The position numbers were made by a program, and so were the translations under genes. From the NCBI GenBank assembly GCA_029261035.1, contig JAJDCD010000022.1, positions 16,063 through 80,062 of the forward strand: a stretch of DNA of 64,000 bases, given 5' to 3'. Under the pieces are notes generated by a model. That model ran no database searches and was not told the DNA's origin. It worked only from the letters and a program-made list of their open reading frames with translations. Within the stretch, counting starts at the first letter, position 1. Every line of letters begins with the position of its first letter. The stretch comes from Candidatus Omnitrophota bacterium. GTDB taxonomy: Bacteria; Omnitrophota; Omnitrophia; Omnitrophales; JACROU01. Shown here one piece after another: positions 28,491 to 36,789 of this stretch.

Positions 28491-28510
28491 AATGTGATCT
28501 AGATCACATT
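28491..28510. promoter_or_regulatory. 20-bp perfect palindrome AATGTGATCTAGATCACATT (CRP-type box), class-II spacing to TACAAT −10 (28530-28535)
   Basis: Seen in sequence. Centre to −10 is 29.5 bp; it lies upstream of nrdD. Confidence 0.65.
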
Positions 28511-28581
28511 TTTAACCTTAGATCTTGTATACAATATTTTCTACCTACGATATATAGACACTTTATTCCAAGGAGGGTTTT

Positions 28582-30612
28582 ATGGAGAAGATGTTTCCGG
28601 CTTGCCGAGTTGATGTTGTAAGAAAGAGAAGTGGAGAAACGGTTTCTTTTGATGCGGAAAGAATTAGAAATGCAATTTTAAAAGCAGGGCAAGCAGCCGG
28701 TGAATTTGAAGAGGATGATGCAAATCTCTTAACACTTCAAGTGATTAAAGTTTTAGAAAATAGGTATGATCGAGGAACGTTAGAGATTGAAGAAATTCAG
28801 GATATTGTAGAACAGGTTTTGATTTCAGCAAACTTTTTGAAGACAGCAAGAGCCTATATTGTTTATAGAGAACAACACAAAAATTTAAGAAGAGCAAAAA
28901 AGACAGTTGTGGATGTTGTTTCTTCTGTAAATGAATATTTAGATCGTTTGGATTGGCGTGTGAATGCAAATGCAAATCAAGGGTTTTCATTAGGAGGAAT
29001 GATTCTTAATATTTCGGGGAAAGTCGTGGCGAATTATTGGTTAAGTCATGTCTACCCTCAAGAGGTAGGAGAGGCGCATCGTCAAGCGGATATTCATATT
29101 CATGACTTGGATATGCTTTCGGGTTATTGTGCTGGATGGTCCTTGAGATTGTTGCTTGAAGAAGGTTTTAATGGAGTTCCAGGAAAAATTGAGTCTGGGC
29201 CACCAAAGCATCTTTCTTCTGTCGTTGGTCAGATGGTTAACTTTTTGGGGACATTGCAAAATGAATGGGCGGGAGCTCAGGCGTTTTCTTCGTTTGATAC
29301 TTACTTAGCTCCATATGTGCGTCAGGACCTTTTGACATACCCCGAAGTGAAACAGTGTGTTCAGGAGTTTATTTATAATTTAAATGTGCCTTCTCGTTGG
29401 GGGACTCAAACGCCTTTTACTAATGTTACTTTTGATTGGGTGTGTCCGGAAGATTTGAAAGACCAAGTGCCACAGATTGCAGGTGAGGAAATGCCGTTTA
29501 CCTATGGGGAACTGCAACCTGAGATGGATATGATTAATCGAGCTTATATTGATGTGATGTTGCAGGGAGATGCGAAAGGAAGAGTGTTTACGTTTCCTAT
29601 TCCTACATACAATATCACTAAAGATTTTGATTGGGATCATCCTAATTGCAATACTCTTTTTGAAATGACGGCCAAATATGGGCTTCCTTATTTTCAGAAT
29701 TTTTTAAATTCGGATATGCAGCCCAACCAAATTCGATCGATGTGTTGCCGTCTGCAATTGGATTTAAGAGAATTGTTGAAGCGTGGAAATGGTTTGTTTG
29801 GTTCTGCGGAACAAACAGGATCTATTGGAGTTGTAACGATTAATTGTGCTCGTCTTGGCTATTTGTATGCGGGTGATGAAAAAGCTTTGCTTAATAGAAT
29901 TGATGAACTTGCTTTATTGGCTAAGGAGAGTTTGGAAATTAAGAGAAAGGTGATTCAGCGTTATATTGATGCTGGACTTTTTCCTTATACCAAGCGTTAT
30001 TTAGGCACTTTGAGAAATCATTTTTCTACGATTGGGGTTAATGGAGTTAATGAATGTGTTCGGAATTTTACAGAAGGAAAACAAGATATCACGCACCCAG
30101 AAGGTCACGCTTTTTCAGTGAGGATATTAGAATCCATCAGAGAACGGCTGAAGCAGTTTCAAGAAGAGACGGGTAATTTATATAACTTAGAAGCGACACC
30201 CGCAGAAGGAACTACTTATCGTTTTGCTAAAGAAGATAAGAAGCGTTTTCCTGAAATTTTGCAGGCAGGCACCAAAGAGAGACCTTATTACACGAACTCA
30301 TCACAGCTGCCTGTTGGGTTTACAGATGATCCTTTTGAAGCCTTAGCGCAGCAAGATGAGCTTCAGACAAAATATACGGGTGGAACGGTACTTCATCTTT
30401 ATATGGGGGAACGTATTTCAAGTTCAGATTCTTGTAAGAAGTTAGTAAAACGAGTTCTTGAGACACATAGGTTGCCTTATATTACGATTTCGCCCACGTT
30501 TTCTGTATGTCCTAATCATGGATATTTGGAAGGGGAGCATAAGTATTGTCCTAAATGTGATATTGAAATTTTGAATCGTAAATCTCAATCGTCTGAACCG
30601 GTGACTGTATAA
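28582..30612 (+). CDS. nrdD: anaerobic ribonucleoside-triphosphate reductase NrdD, large polypeptide (ATP-cone + catalytic barrel + Zn ribbon), lacking glycyl-radical tail
   Basis: N-terminal ATP-cone (VDVVRKRSGETVSFDAERIRNAIL). C-terminal CPNHGY…CPKCD ribbon, then a stop. Confidence 0.88.
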   Translation: MEKMFPACRVDVVRKRSGETVSFDAERIRNAILKAGQAAGEFEEDDANLLTLQVIKVLENRYDRGTLEIEEIQDIVEQVLISANFLKTARAYIVYREQHKNLRRAKKTVVDVVSSVNEYLDRLDWRVNANANQGFSLGGMILNISGKVVANYWLSHVYPQEVGEAHRQADIHIHDLDMLSGYCAGWSLRLLLEEGFNGVPGKIESGPPKHLSSVVGQMVNFLGTLQNEWAGAQAFSSFDTYLAPYVRQDLLTYPEVKQCVQEFIYNLNVPSRWGTQTPFTNVTFDWVCPEDLKDQVPQIAGEEMPFTYGELQPEMDMINRAYIDVMLQGDAKGRVFTFPIPTYNITKDFDWDHPNCNTLFEMTAKYGLPYFQNFLNSDMQPNQIRSMCCRLQLDLRELLKRGNGLFGSAEQTGSIGVVTINCARLGYLYAGDEKALLNRIDELALLAKESLEIKRKVIQRYIDAGLFPYTKRYLGTLRNHFSTIGVNGVNECVRNFTEGKQDITHPEGHAFSVRILESIRERLKQFQEETGNLYNLEATPAEGTTYRFAKEDKKRFPEILQAGTKERPYYTNSSQLPVGFTDDPFEALAQQDELQTKYTGGTVLHLYMGERISSSDSCKKLVKRVLETHRLPYITISPTFSVCPNHGYLEGEHKYCPKCDIEILNRKSQSSEPVTV

Positions 30613-30636
30613 AGGTTGCCTTAAAAAGGAGGGGCT

Positions 30637-30798
30637 ATGAGCAAGGAAGCTAATCTTAAAGATGAAGAACGACAAGAGTGTGAAGTTTGGACAAGAGTGA
30701 TGGGGTACCATAGACCTGTTTCAGAGTATAACCTAGGAAAGAAAGGGGAGTACGATGAGAGGCAATGCTTTAGCGAACCTTGTGGAAAAAAGGAGTAG
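30637..30798 (+). CDS. separate 53-aa NrdD glycyl-radical domain ORF
   Basis: Own RBS AAAGGAGG. Translation …TRVMGYHRPVSEYNLGKKGEYDER… matches the class-III RNR Gly-radical motif (T4: RRTCAYLGNPNERGFNLGKNKEI). It is in the same frame as nrdD but separated by two in-frame stops. Confidence 0.6.
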   Translation: MSKEANLKDEERQECEVWTRVMGYHRPVSEYNLGKKGEYDERQCFSEPCGKKE

Positions 30799-31513
30799 TG
30801 TTTCTGTAGACAAAAATTGGTGTCGGCTTCCGGTGGGTGGGATTACCCCATTTACCACTATCGATTTCCCTAATCGTCTAGCAGCAGTAATTTATACCCA
30901 TGGTTGTTCTTGGAGTTGTCGGTATTGCCATAATGCAGAGTTGAGAGGCTCTTCGGATCACCCTTTCGATTTTGAGAAATTAATTCAATTTCTTGAAGAC
31001 AGAAAAGGGAAGTTGGATGGAGTTGTTTTCTCTGGAGGAGAACCTAGTATTCATGATTCTTTATCCACTTGGATGCGTTATGCAAAAACGCTTGGGTATG
31101 AAGTTGGGTTGCACACTAGCGGAATGTTTCCAGAGCGCTTAAAGAATTTGTTGCCTTTGTGTGATTGGGTGGGAATGGATATTAAAGCGCCTTTTAACAA
31201 TTATGATAAAGTTACGCTTGTTGAAGAAAGTGGCATTGAAGCGAAAAAAAGTGCGCGTTTACTTTTGGATAGTGGTGTAGATTATGAATTTAGAACAACA
31301 GTTCATCCAAATCTTCTTTCAGAGAATGATATTAAAAATATAGCTAGAGAGCTTGAGGAGATGGGTGCGAAACGTTTTGTAATTCAAGCTTTTCAGCCCG
31401 AAGGATGTGAGGATGAAGAGTTGAGCCAAGTGAAGATGCCGGTACCTATTATATCGGAAGAGCTTTATCATTTTTTAGATTGTAAGTTTGATTTTGTGGA
31501 TGTAAGGCAGTAG
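30755..31513 (+). CDS. nrdG: anaerobic RNR activating protein NrdG (radical SAM)
   Basis: CSWSCRYCHN motif. Its start is uncertain and it overlaps the small ORF. Confidence 0.85.
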   Translation: MRGNALANLVEKRSSVSVDKNWCRLPVGGITPFTTIDFPNRLAAVIYTHGCSWSCRYCHNAELRGSSDHPFDFEKLIQFLEDRKGKLDGVVFSGGEPSIHDSLSTWMRYAKTLGYEVGLHTSGMFPERLKNLLPLCDWVGMDIKAPFNNYDKVTLVEESGIEAKKSARLLLDSGVDYEFRTTVHPNLLSENDIKNIARELEEMGAKRFVIQAFQPEGCEDEELSQVKMPVPIISEELYHFLDCKFDFVDVRQ

Positions 31514-31681
31514 TTTTTAATTTTAAAAATAAAAATCTCCGATTTTAGTGACCTAAGACCCCTCAGGGTTATGGAAGCTAAAGCGTTTAGGGTTATTTGA
31601 GAAATCATTTAGCCTTCCGAAGATTTAAAGATCAGCCCAGTTAGGGATGATTTCTAAATCCGAATTGAGAAGGAGAAGGAA

Positions 31682-32698
31682 ATGAACCATCAAGACTATC
31701 TTGTTGACTCATACGGTCGACGACTATCTTATCTTAGACTTTCATTAACCGAATTGTGTAATTTTCGTTGCATCTATTGCATGCCTGAAGAAGGTGTGCC
31801 TGTGGTGCCTCCCTCAAAATATCTAACCCGAGATGAAATCTTACGTTTTACTAAAATTATAGGCCGCTTAGGTGTTCACCGTATTCGATTAACCGGTGGA
31901 GAGCCTTTGTTGCGGGAAGATATTCTGGATATTGTCCGAGCTCTTAAAAGTATTGAGACCGTAAAAGAGCTTTCTTTAACAACCAACGCGAGCCGTTTGG
32001 GACCTCTCGTAAATTCTCTTAAAGAGGCGGGACTAGACCGGATTAATATTAGTTTGGATAGTCTAGACCCAGAGAGGTTTAAAGAAATCACCTTAAAGGA
32101 TGTTTATTATGAAGTGTTAGATGCTACTTTTTCTGCGCTTCGAGCAGGATTTCCAGTAAAACTCAACATGGTTGTTTTGAAAGGAATTAGCGATGAGGAG
32201 ATTCTAGAGTTTGCCAAGATGGCTTATGACTTTCCATTGGATGTTCGTTTCTTAGAGTTTATGCCTTTGTGTGGAACAGGTTGGAAACCAGAGTGGGTTC
32301 TTCCTATTGAACATGTTCGTCAAGTGATTCATCAGCATTTTGAGCTGACAGAGGAAAAGAATCGAAAGGACGATGTTGCTCAGAATTATATGATTCACGG
32401 AGGAAAGGGCAAGATTGGTTTAATTGCTTCTCTAACAGAATCTTTTTGTGACCAATGTTCTCGAATCCGTTTGAGTGCAGATGGAAGTCTTTACCCGTGC
32501 CTTTTTTCAGACAAAGAGGTGTCTGTTAAAGATTTGCTTCGCAGTCATGCATCCGATGAAGCAATTATTGAAGCGATTCGTTATGCGGCTTCGATTAAAC
32601 CTAAGGGCAATTGGTTTTATGAAAACAAATTTAATGAAAAAGAGTCTCCTATTGAACAATTACAGTCTCATCCAATGATTCGTTCTATAGGCGGATAA
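31682..32698 (+). CDS. moaA: GTP 3',8-cyclase MoaA
   Basis: CNFRCIYCMP radical-SAM motif plus a C-terminal second cluster. Confidence 0.93.
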   Translation: MNHQDYLVDSYGRRLSYLRLSLTELCNFRCIYCMPEEGVPVVPPSKYLTRDEILRFTKIIGRLGVHRIRLTGGEPLLREDILDIVRALKSIETVKELSLTTNASRLGPLVNSLKEAGLDRINISLDSLDPERFKEITLKDVYYEVLDATFSALRAGFPVKLNMVVLKGISDEEILEFAKMAYDFPLDVRFLEFMPLCGTGWKPEWVLPIEHVRQVIHQHFELTEEKNRKDDVAQNYMIHGGKGKIGLIASLTESFCDQCSRIRLSADGSLYPCLFSDKEVSVKDLLRSHASDEAIIEAIRYAASIKPKGNWFYENKFNEKESPIEQLQSHPMIRSIGG

Positions 32699-32711
32699 AA
32701 GGAGAGTATCA

Positions 32712-33614
32712 ATGAAGTCTGTTACAGAAAAAATAAATACGTTACGTATTGCAACAGCGACAAGTACTTTGGTAGCAAAACCAGAAACAATTGTGCGAAT
32801 GAAAGAGAATGATTTGCCAAAGAAAGATGTGTTGATTGTCGCTAGGGTTGCTGCTGTAAATGCGGTGAAGAAAACGCCAGATTTAATTCCTTACTGTCAT
32901 CCATTGCCAGTAGATTCAGTGAAGGTAGAGTTTGAAGTTAAAAGGGATAGCGTGATTGCAACAGTAACCGTTGAAGCGATTTGGAAGACAGGGGTAGAGA
33001 TAGAAGCTTTGGCCGGAGCTCAAATGGCAACGTTGACGATCTATGATATGTTGAAGCCTGTAGATAAAGAGATGGAAATAACGACGACTAAACTACTCAG
33101 TAAAAAAGGTGGAAAAACATCTTTTAATGAAAAATTGCCGGCTGGTTTTAAAGCAGCTGTAATCGTTAGTTCGGATGGTACTGCAAGTGGAAAGCGAGAG
33201 GATAAGTCAGGTAAAATAATCAAAGAACGTTTAGAGAGTTTTGGGATAGAACCTGCTTATGAGATTCTTCCAGATGAAAAAGAGTTGATACAGGCAAAGA
33301 TTAAAGAGCTTTGTGATGAGGGAGTTCTTCTTATTTTAACAACTGGAGGCACTGGATTGGGGCCTCGAGATGTAACTGTTGAAGCAACTCAAGAAATGAT
33401 TGATCGAGAAATTCCAGGAATCGTAGAAGCGGCACGGAGTTATGGTCAACAGAGAACGCCCTATGCGATGCTTTCCAGAGGATTGGCAGGACAAAGAGGG
33501 AATACGATTATCATTAATTTACCGGGTTCTTCAAATGGTGTTCGGGAAAGCTTGAATGCCATTTTTCCAGCGATTTTACATTCTTATAAAATGATGAAAG
33601 GCTTAGGTCATTAA
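32712..33614 (+). CDS. moaC: MoaC (cPMP synthase) fused to MogA/MoaB-type MoCF domain
   Basis: N-terminal MoaC fold and C-terminal …LILTTGGTGLGPRDVT…. Confidence 0.8.
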   Translation: MKSVTEKINTLRIATATSTLVAKPETIVRMKENDLPKKDVLIVARVAAVNAVKKTPDLIPYCHPLPVDSVKVEFEVKRDSVIATVTVEAIWKTGVEIEALAGAQMATLTIYDMLKPVDKEMEITTTKLLSKKGGKTSFNEKLPAGFKAAVIVSSDGTASGKREDKSGKIIKERLESFGIEPAYEILPDEKELIQAKIKELCDEGVLLILTTGGTGLGPRDVTVEATQEMIDREIPGIVEAARSYGQQRTPYAMLSRGLAGQRGNTIIINLPGSSNGVRESLNAIFPAILHSYKMMKGLGH

Positions 33615-34345
33615 TGTTACCGGTTTATTTTTTTCTTATTGCTTTGTTTTATTCCATGGTTGGGTTTGGAGGAGGGTCTTCTTATATTGCGCTTCTCGCG
33701 TTGATGGGAATGCCTTACCAAACGATACCGCCTATTGCTTTAGTTTGTAATCTGATTGTAGTCGTGGGTGGCTGTTGGCATTTTTATCGAGCGGGTTATT
33801 TAAAATTAAAATTAATATTACCCTTTGTTTTACTCTCTATTCCGATGGCTTATTTAGGGGGTAGGATTCCAATTTCAAATACAGCTTTTTGTTTTGTTTT
33901 AGGGTTTTCTCTTTTGTGTGTTGCTATTCGGATGTTTGTGCCAGATAAATGGTTTGAAAATCCAAAAGAAATTTCATGGAAAGCAGCTTGGTTTCTAGGG
34001 GTTCCCATGGGAGGGTTTTTAGGTTTTTTGGCTGGATTGGTCGGTATTGGCGGGGGAATTTTATTGAGCCCACTTCTTTTGTTTTTGCGTTGGGGGCATG
34101 TTAAAGAGGTTGCTGCTACAGCCAGCTTTTTTATTTTAGTCAACTCTGCTTCAGGGTTGCTTGGGCAAATGCAAAAAGGGGGAGCTGATTTTAGTTTGCT
34201 TCTGCCTTTAGCTGTTGCTGTATTTTTAGGTGGGCAAATAGGTTCTCGTTTAGGGGCTTATCAACTGCCAAAATTACGTTTACAACAACTATTAGCTCTA
34301 CTGGTACTTTATATTTCAGTTCGATTGATAGGAATAGCCATATGA
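33614..34345 (+). CDS. TauE/SafE (DUF81) family anion exporter
   Basis: About 8 TM helices with G-rich repeats. Confidence 0.7.
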   Translation: MLPVYFFLIALFYSMVGFGGGSSYIALLALMGMPYQTIPPIALVCNLIVVVGGCWHFYRAGYLKLKLILPFVLLSIPMAYLGGRIPISNTAFCFVLGFSLLCVAIRMFVPDKWFENPKEISWKAAWFLGVPMGGFLGFLAGLVGIGGGILLSPLLLFLRWGHVKEVAATASFFILVNSASGLLGQMQKGGADFSLLLPLAVAVFLGGQIGSRLGAYQLPKLRLQQLLALLVLYISVRLIGIAI

Positions 34346-35562
34346 TTACTGTTAAACAAGCAAAACAATTAATACAAAAGAATGTACCTCAACCTTTGAG
34401 AAAAATAGTTTCACTGAAGGAAGCGTTAGGTTTGGTATTAGCAAAGGACATAAGCTCTCCATTTCCATTACCTTTATATGATAATTCTGCAATGGATGGT
34501 TTTGTTCTAAATAGTAAAAACACATTAACAGCGACGAAGTTAGCGCCTATTAAATTAAAGCTCGGATTACCTATTAAGGCAGGGGATACTAAAAGAAGAA
34601 TGCTAGATAAGTTTTCTGCGACACCTATTATGACAGGCGCTGTTATCCCGGGTGGAGCAGATACCGTGTTGATGAAAGAATATGCTGAAATAAAAGAGGG
34701 TTACTTAATTTTTAAAGCTCCTTATAAAAATAACAGACATATTCGTTATCGTGGAGAAGAGGTTGAAAAAGGAGAGGTACTTCTTAGTAAGAATGAAGTT
34801 ATTCATTCAGGAACCATGGGTGTGTTAGCTTCTATAGGGAAGGGGCAAGTTCCTATTTTTAAAGCGCCACAAATTTCGTTGATGGCAACAGGCACAGAGC
34901 TTGTATCTCCAGGGAAACCGCTACGTTTTGGTAAAATTTATGACAGTAATTCAACGATGATTCGGTCTGCCTTAAATCAAATGGGCATTCACTCTGTTGA
35001 TGTTACTCGAAGCAGTGACCGATTGGAGTTGTTAAATCAGCGGGTTAAACAAGCGCTTAATCAATCGGATATGTTAATTTTGATGGGGGGCGTTTCTGTA
35101 GGAGACTACGACTTTGTTAAAGATGTTTTAAATCATTTGGGAGTTAAGACGATTTTTTGGAAAGTGAGTCAAAAACCAGGAAAGCCTATTTATTTTGGAA
35201 AAAAGGGAAAGAAACTTATTTTTGGACTTCCGGGTAACCCAGCAAGTGTTTTTACCTGCTTTTATGAGTATGTGTATCCAGCAATTCGACAATGGATGGG
35301 ATTCTCTAAAACAGAATTACCCAAGAAAAAACTTTCATTAGGAACAGAAGTTAAAGGAGATCCATTTAAGACGATCTTTCTAAAAGGAAGGATTGTTGAA
35401 AATAAGGTTCAGCTCTTGTCGAAGCAAGGTTCTCATATGTTATCTTCTTTGGCTGATGCGCACTGTTTTATTGTGTTGCCTCCAAGGCAAAGAGTTTATA
35501 AAAAAAATGAGATTGTGGAAGTACATCAATTTTTTTCTGACGAGAGAGGAGTGTTACTATGA
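34342..35562 (+). CDS. moeA: molybdopterin molybdotransferase MoeA
   Basis: MoeA N/linker and MoCF domains (…GGVSVGDYDFVKDVL…). Confidence 0.88.
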   Translation: MITVKQAKQLIQKNVPQPLRKIVSLKEALGLVLAKDISSPFPLPLYDNSAMDGFVLNSKNTLTATKLAPIKLKLGLPIKAGDTKRRMLDKFSATPIMTGAVIPGGADTVLMKEYAEIKEGYLIFKAPYKNNRHIRYRGEEVEKGEVLLSKNEVIHSGTMGVLASIGKGQVPIFKAPQISLMATGTELVSPGKPLRFGKIYDSNSTMIRSALNQMGIHSVDVTRSSDRLELLNQRVKQALNQSDMLILMGGVSVGDYDFVKDVLNHLGVKTIFWKVSQKPGKPIYFGKKGKKLIFGLPGNPASVFTCFYEYVYPAIRQWMGFSKTELPKKKLSLGTEVKGDPFKTIFLKGRIVENKVQLLSKQGSHMLSSLADAHCFIVLPPRQRVYKKNEIVEVHQFFSDERGVLL

Positions 35563-35795
35563 CGGTTAAAGTTTTGTTTTTTGCAGGCCTCAAAGATTAT
35601 TTTGGAGAGTCCGAAAAGCAAGTGGAGATTAAGGAAAGCGTTACGGTAATTGATTTATGGAAGCGGCTATCTTCTTCGATAAACTCTGTTTCTGTTCCTC
35701 TTTTATTTGCTGTAAACGAAAATTACGTGAAGGGGAGTTATGTTTTAAAAGATAAAGATACCGTGGCTTTTATGACTCCGGTTGCGGGAGGATAG
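35559..35795 (+). CDS. moaD: molybdopterin synthase sulfur-carrier MoaD
   Basis: 78 aa with a ubiquitin-like fold ending in GG. Confidence 0.85.
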   Translation: MTVKVLFFAGLKDYFGESEKQVEIKESVTVIDLWKRLSSSINSVSVPLLFAVNENYVKGSYVLKDKDTVAFMTPVAGG

Positions 35796-35797
35796 AA

Positions 35798-36226
35798 ATG
35801 ATTACAGAACAGAGTATTGATTTAAATACATTTTTAGCTCATCAACCTGACACCTCTTGCGGTGGGGTGGCAACATTTACGGGCATTGTTCGAAACCATC
35901 ATAAGGGACGATCTGTTGAAAAGCTATACTATGAATGTTATACCTCGATGGCAGAGAAAGAGATGGGTCGGATTACTCAAGAAGTGAAGTTGGAATTTGG
36001 GGTTCATGAACTGAGGGTTCTTCACCGAGTTGGATGGCTGGATGTTGGTGAAGCGGCTATTGCTATTTGGGTGAGTGCGGCACATCGCAAAGAAGCTTTT
36101 AGTGCTTGCAGGGCAACGATTGATCGAATTAAAGCACGTGTACCTATTTGGAAGAAAGAAATTTATGTCGACGGAACAAGTGATTGGGTTCTGTGCACCC
36201 ATCAAGAGGTGGAAGTTTTATCATGA
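35798..36226 (+). CDS. moaE: molybdopterin synthase catalytic subunit MoaE
   Basis: 142 aa in the MoaE family. Confidence 0.85.
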   Translation: MITEQSIDLNTFLAHQPDTSCGGVATFTGIVRNHHKGRSVEKLYYECYTSMAEKEMGRITQEVKLEFGVHELRVLHRVGWLDVGEAAIAIWVSAAHRKEAFSACRATIDRIKARVPIWKKEIYVDGTSDWVLCTHQEVEVLS

Positions 36227-36789
36227 AGATCCAAGGGGTTGTTTTGGCGGGGGGGAGAAGTACTCGATTTGGTTCTGATAAGGCCCATGCAAAAATTGGA
36301 AGTATATCTTTAGCTCAAAAAGCGATAAACTTACTTAAAGATATAAATTTAAATCCTTTACTGGTTTCTAATAACGATCAAGACTTTTCGTATTTATCTT
36401 GTCCTGTGGTTGTGGATCAAATACCGAACCAAGGACCTTTGGGTGGGTTGCAAACCGCGTTAACCTTAACAGATGCAGATGCTGTTCTCGTTTTGGTTTG
36501 TGATATGCCCGGAGTTACAAACGAACTGTTGAACCACTTGTTAGAGGAGCATCATTTCTCTCAATTATTGACACACTTTGCTTTTGGGAGAGAGATGGAA
36601 CAGCCTTTTCCGGGTATCTATGATAAAAAACTATTGGATTTAGTTAATCAACAATTGAATCAAGGGAGGCGTTCTATGAAAGCGCTTTCAGAACAAGTGC
36701 AAAGTAAAAAAATAGTTCAGTTAGATCAAAATTTTGATTGTTTTGTTAATGTGAATACTCAGGAAGATTGGAATAAGAAAAATGAGTAA
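36223..36789 (+). CDS. mobA: molybdenum cofactor guanylyltransferase MobA
   Basis: GVVLAGGRSTRFGSDKA. ATGA overlap with moaE; start moved from 36184. Confidence 0.85.
   Translation: MKIQGVVLAGGRSTRFGSDKAHAKIGSISLAQKAINLLKDINLNPLLVSNNDQDFSYLSCPVVVDQIPNQGPLGGLQTALTLTDADAVLVLVCDMPGVTNELLNHLLEEHHFSQLLTHFAFGREMEQPFPGIYDKKLLDLVNQQLNQGRRSMKALSEQVQSKKIVQLDQNFDCFVNVNTQEDWNKKNE

Noticed and set aside
30610-30636. nrdD / glycyl-radical ORF split as a simple frameshift or sequencing error
   Set aside because: The two ORFs are in the same frame with two in-frame stop codons between them and a consensus RBS before the second. A single indel cannot explain it, though a base-call error at both stops remains formally possible.
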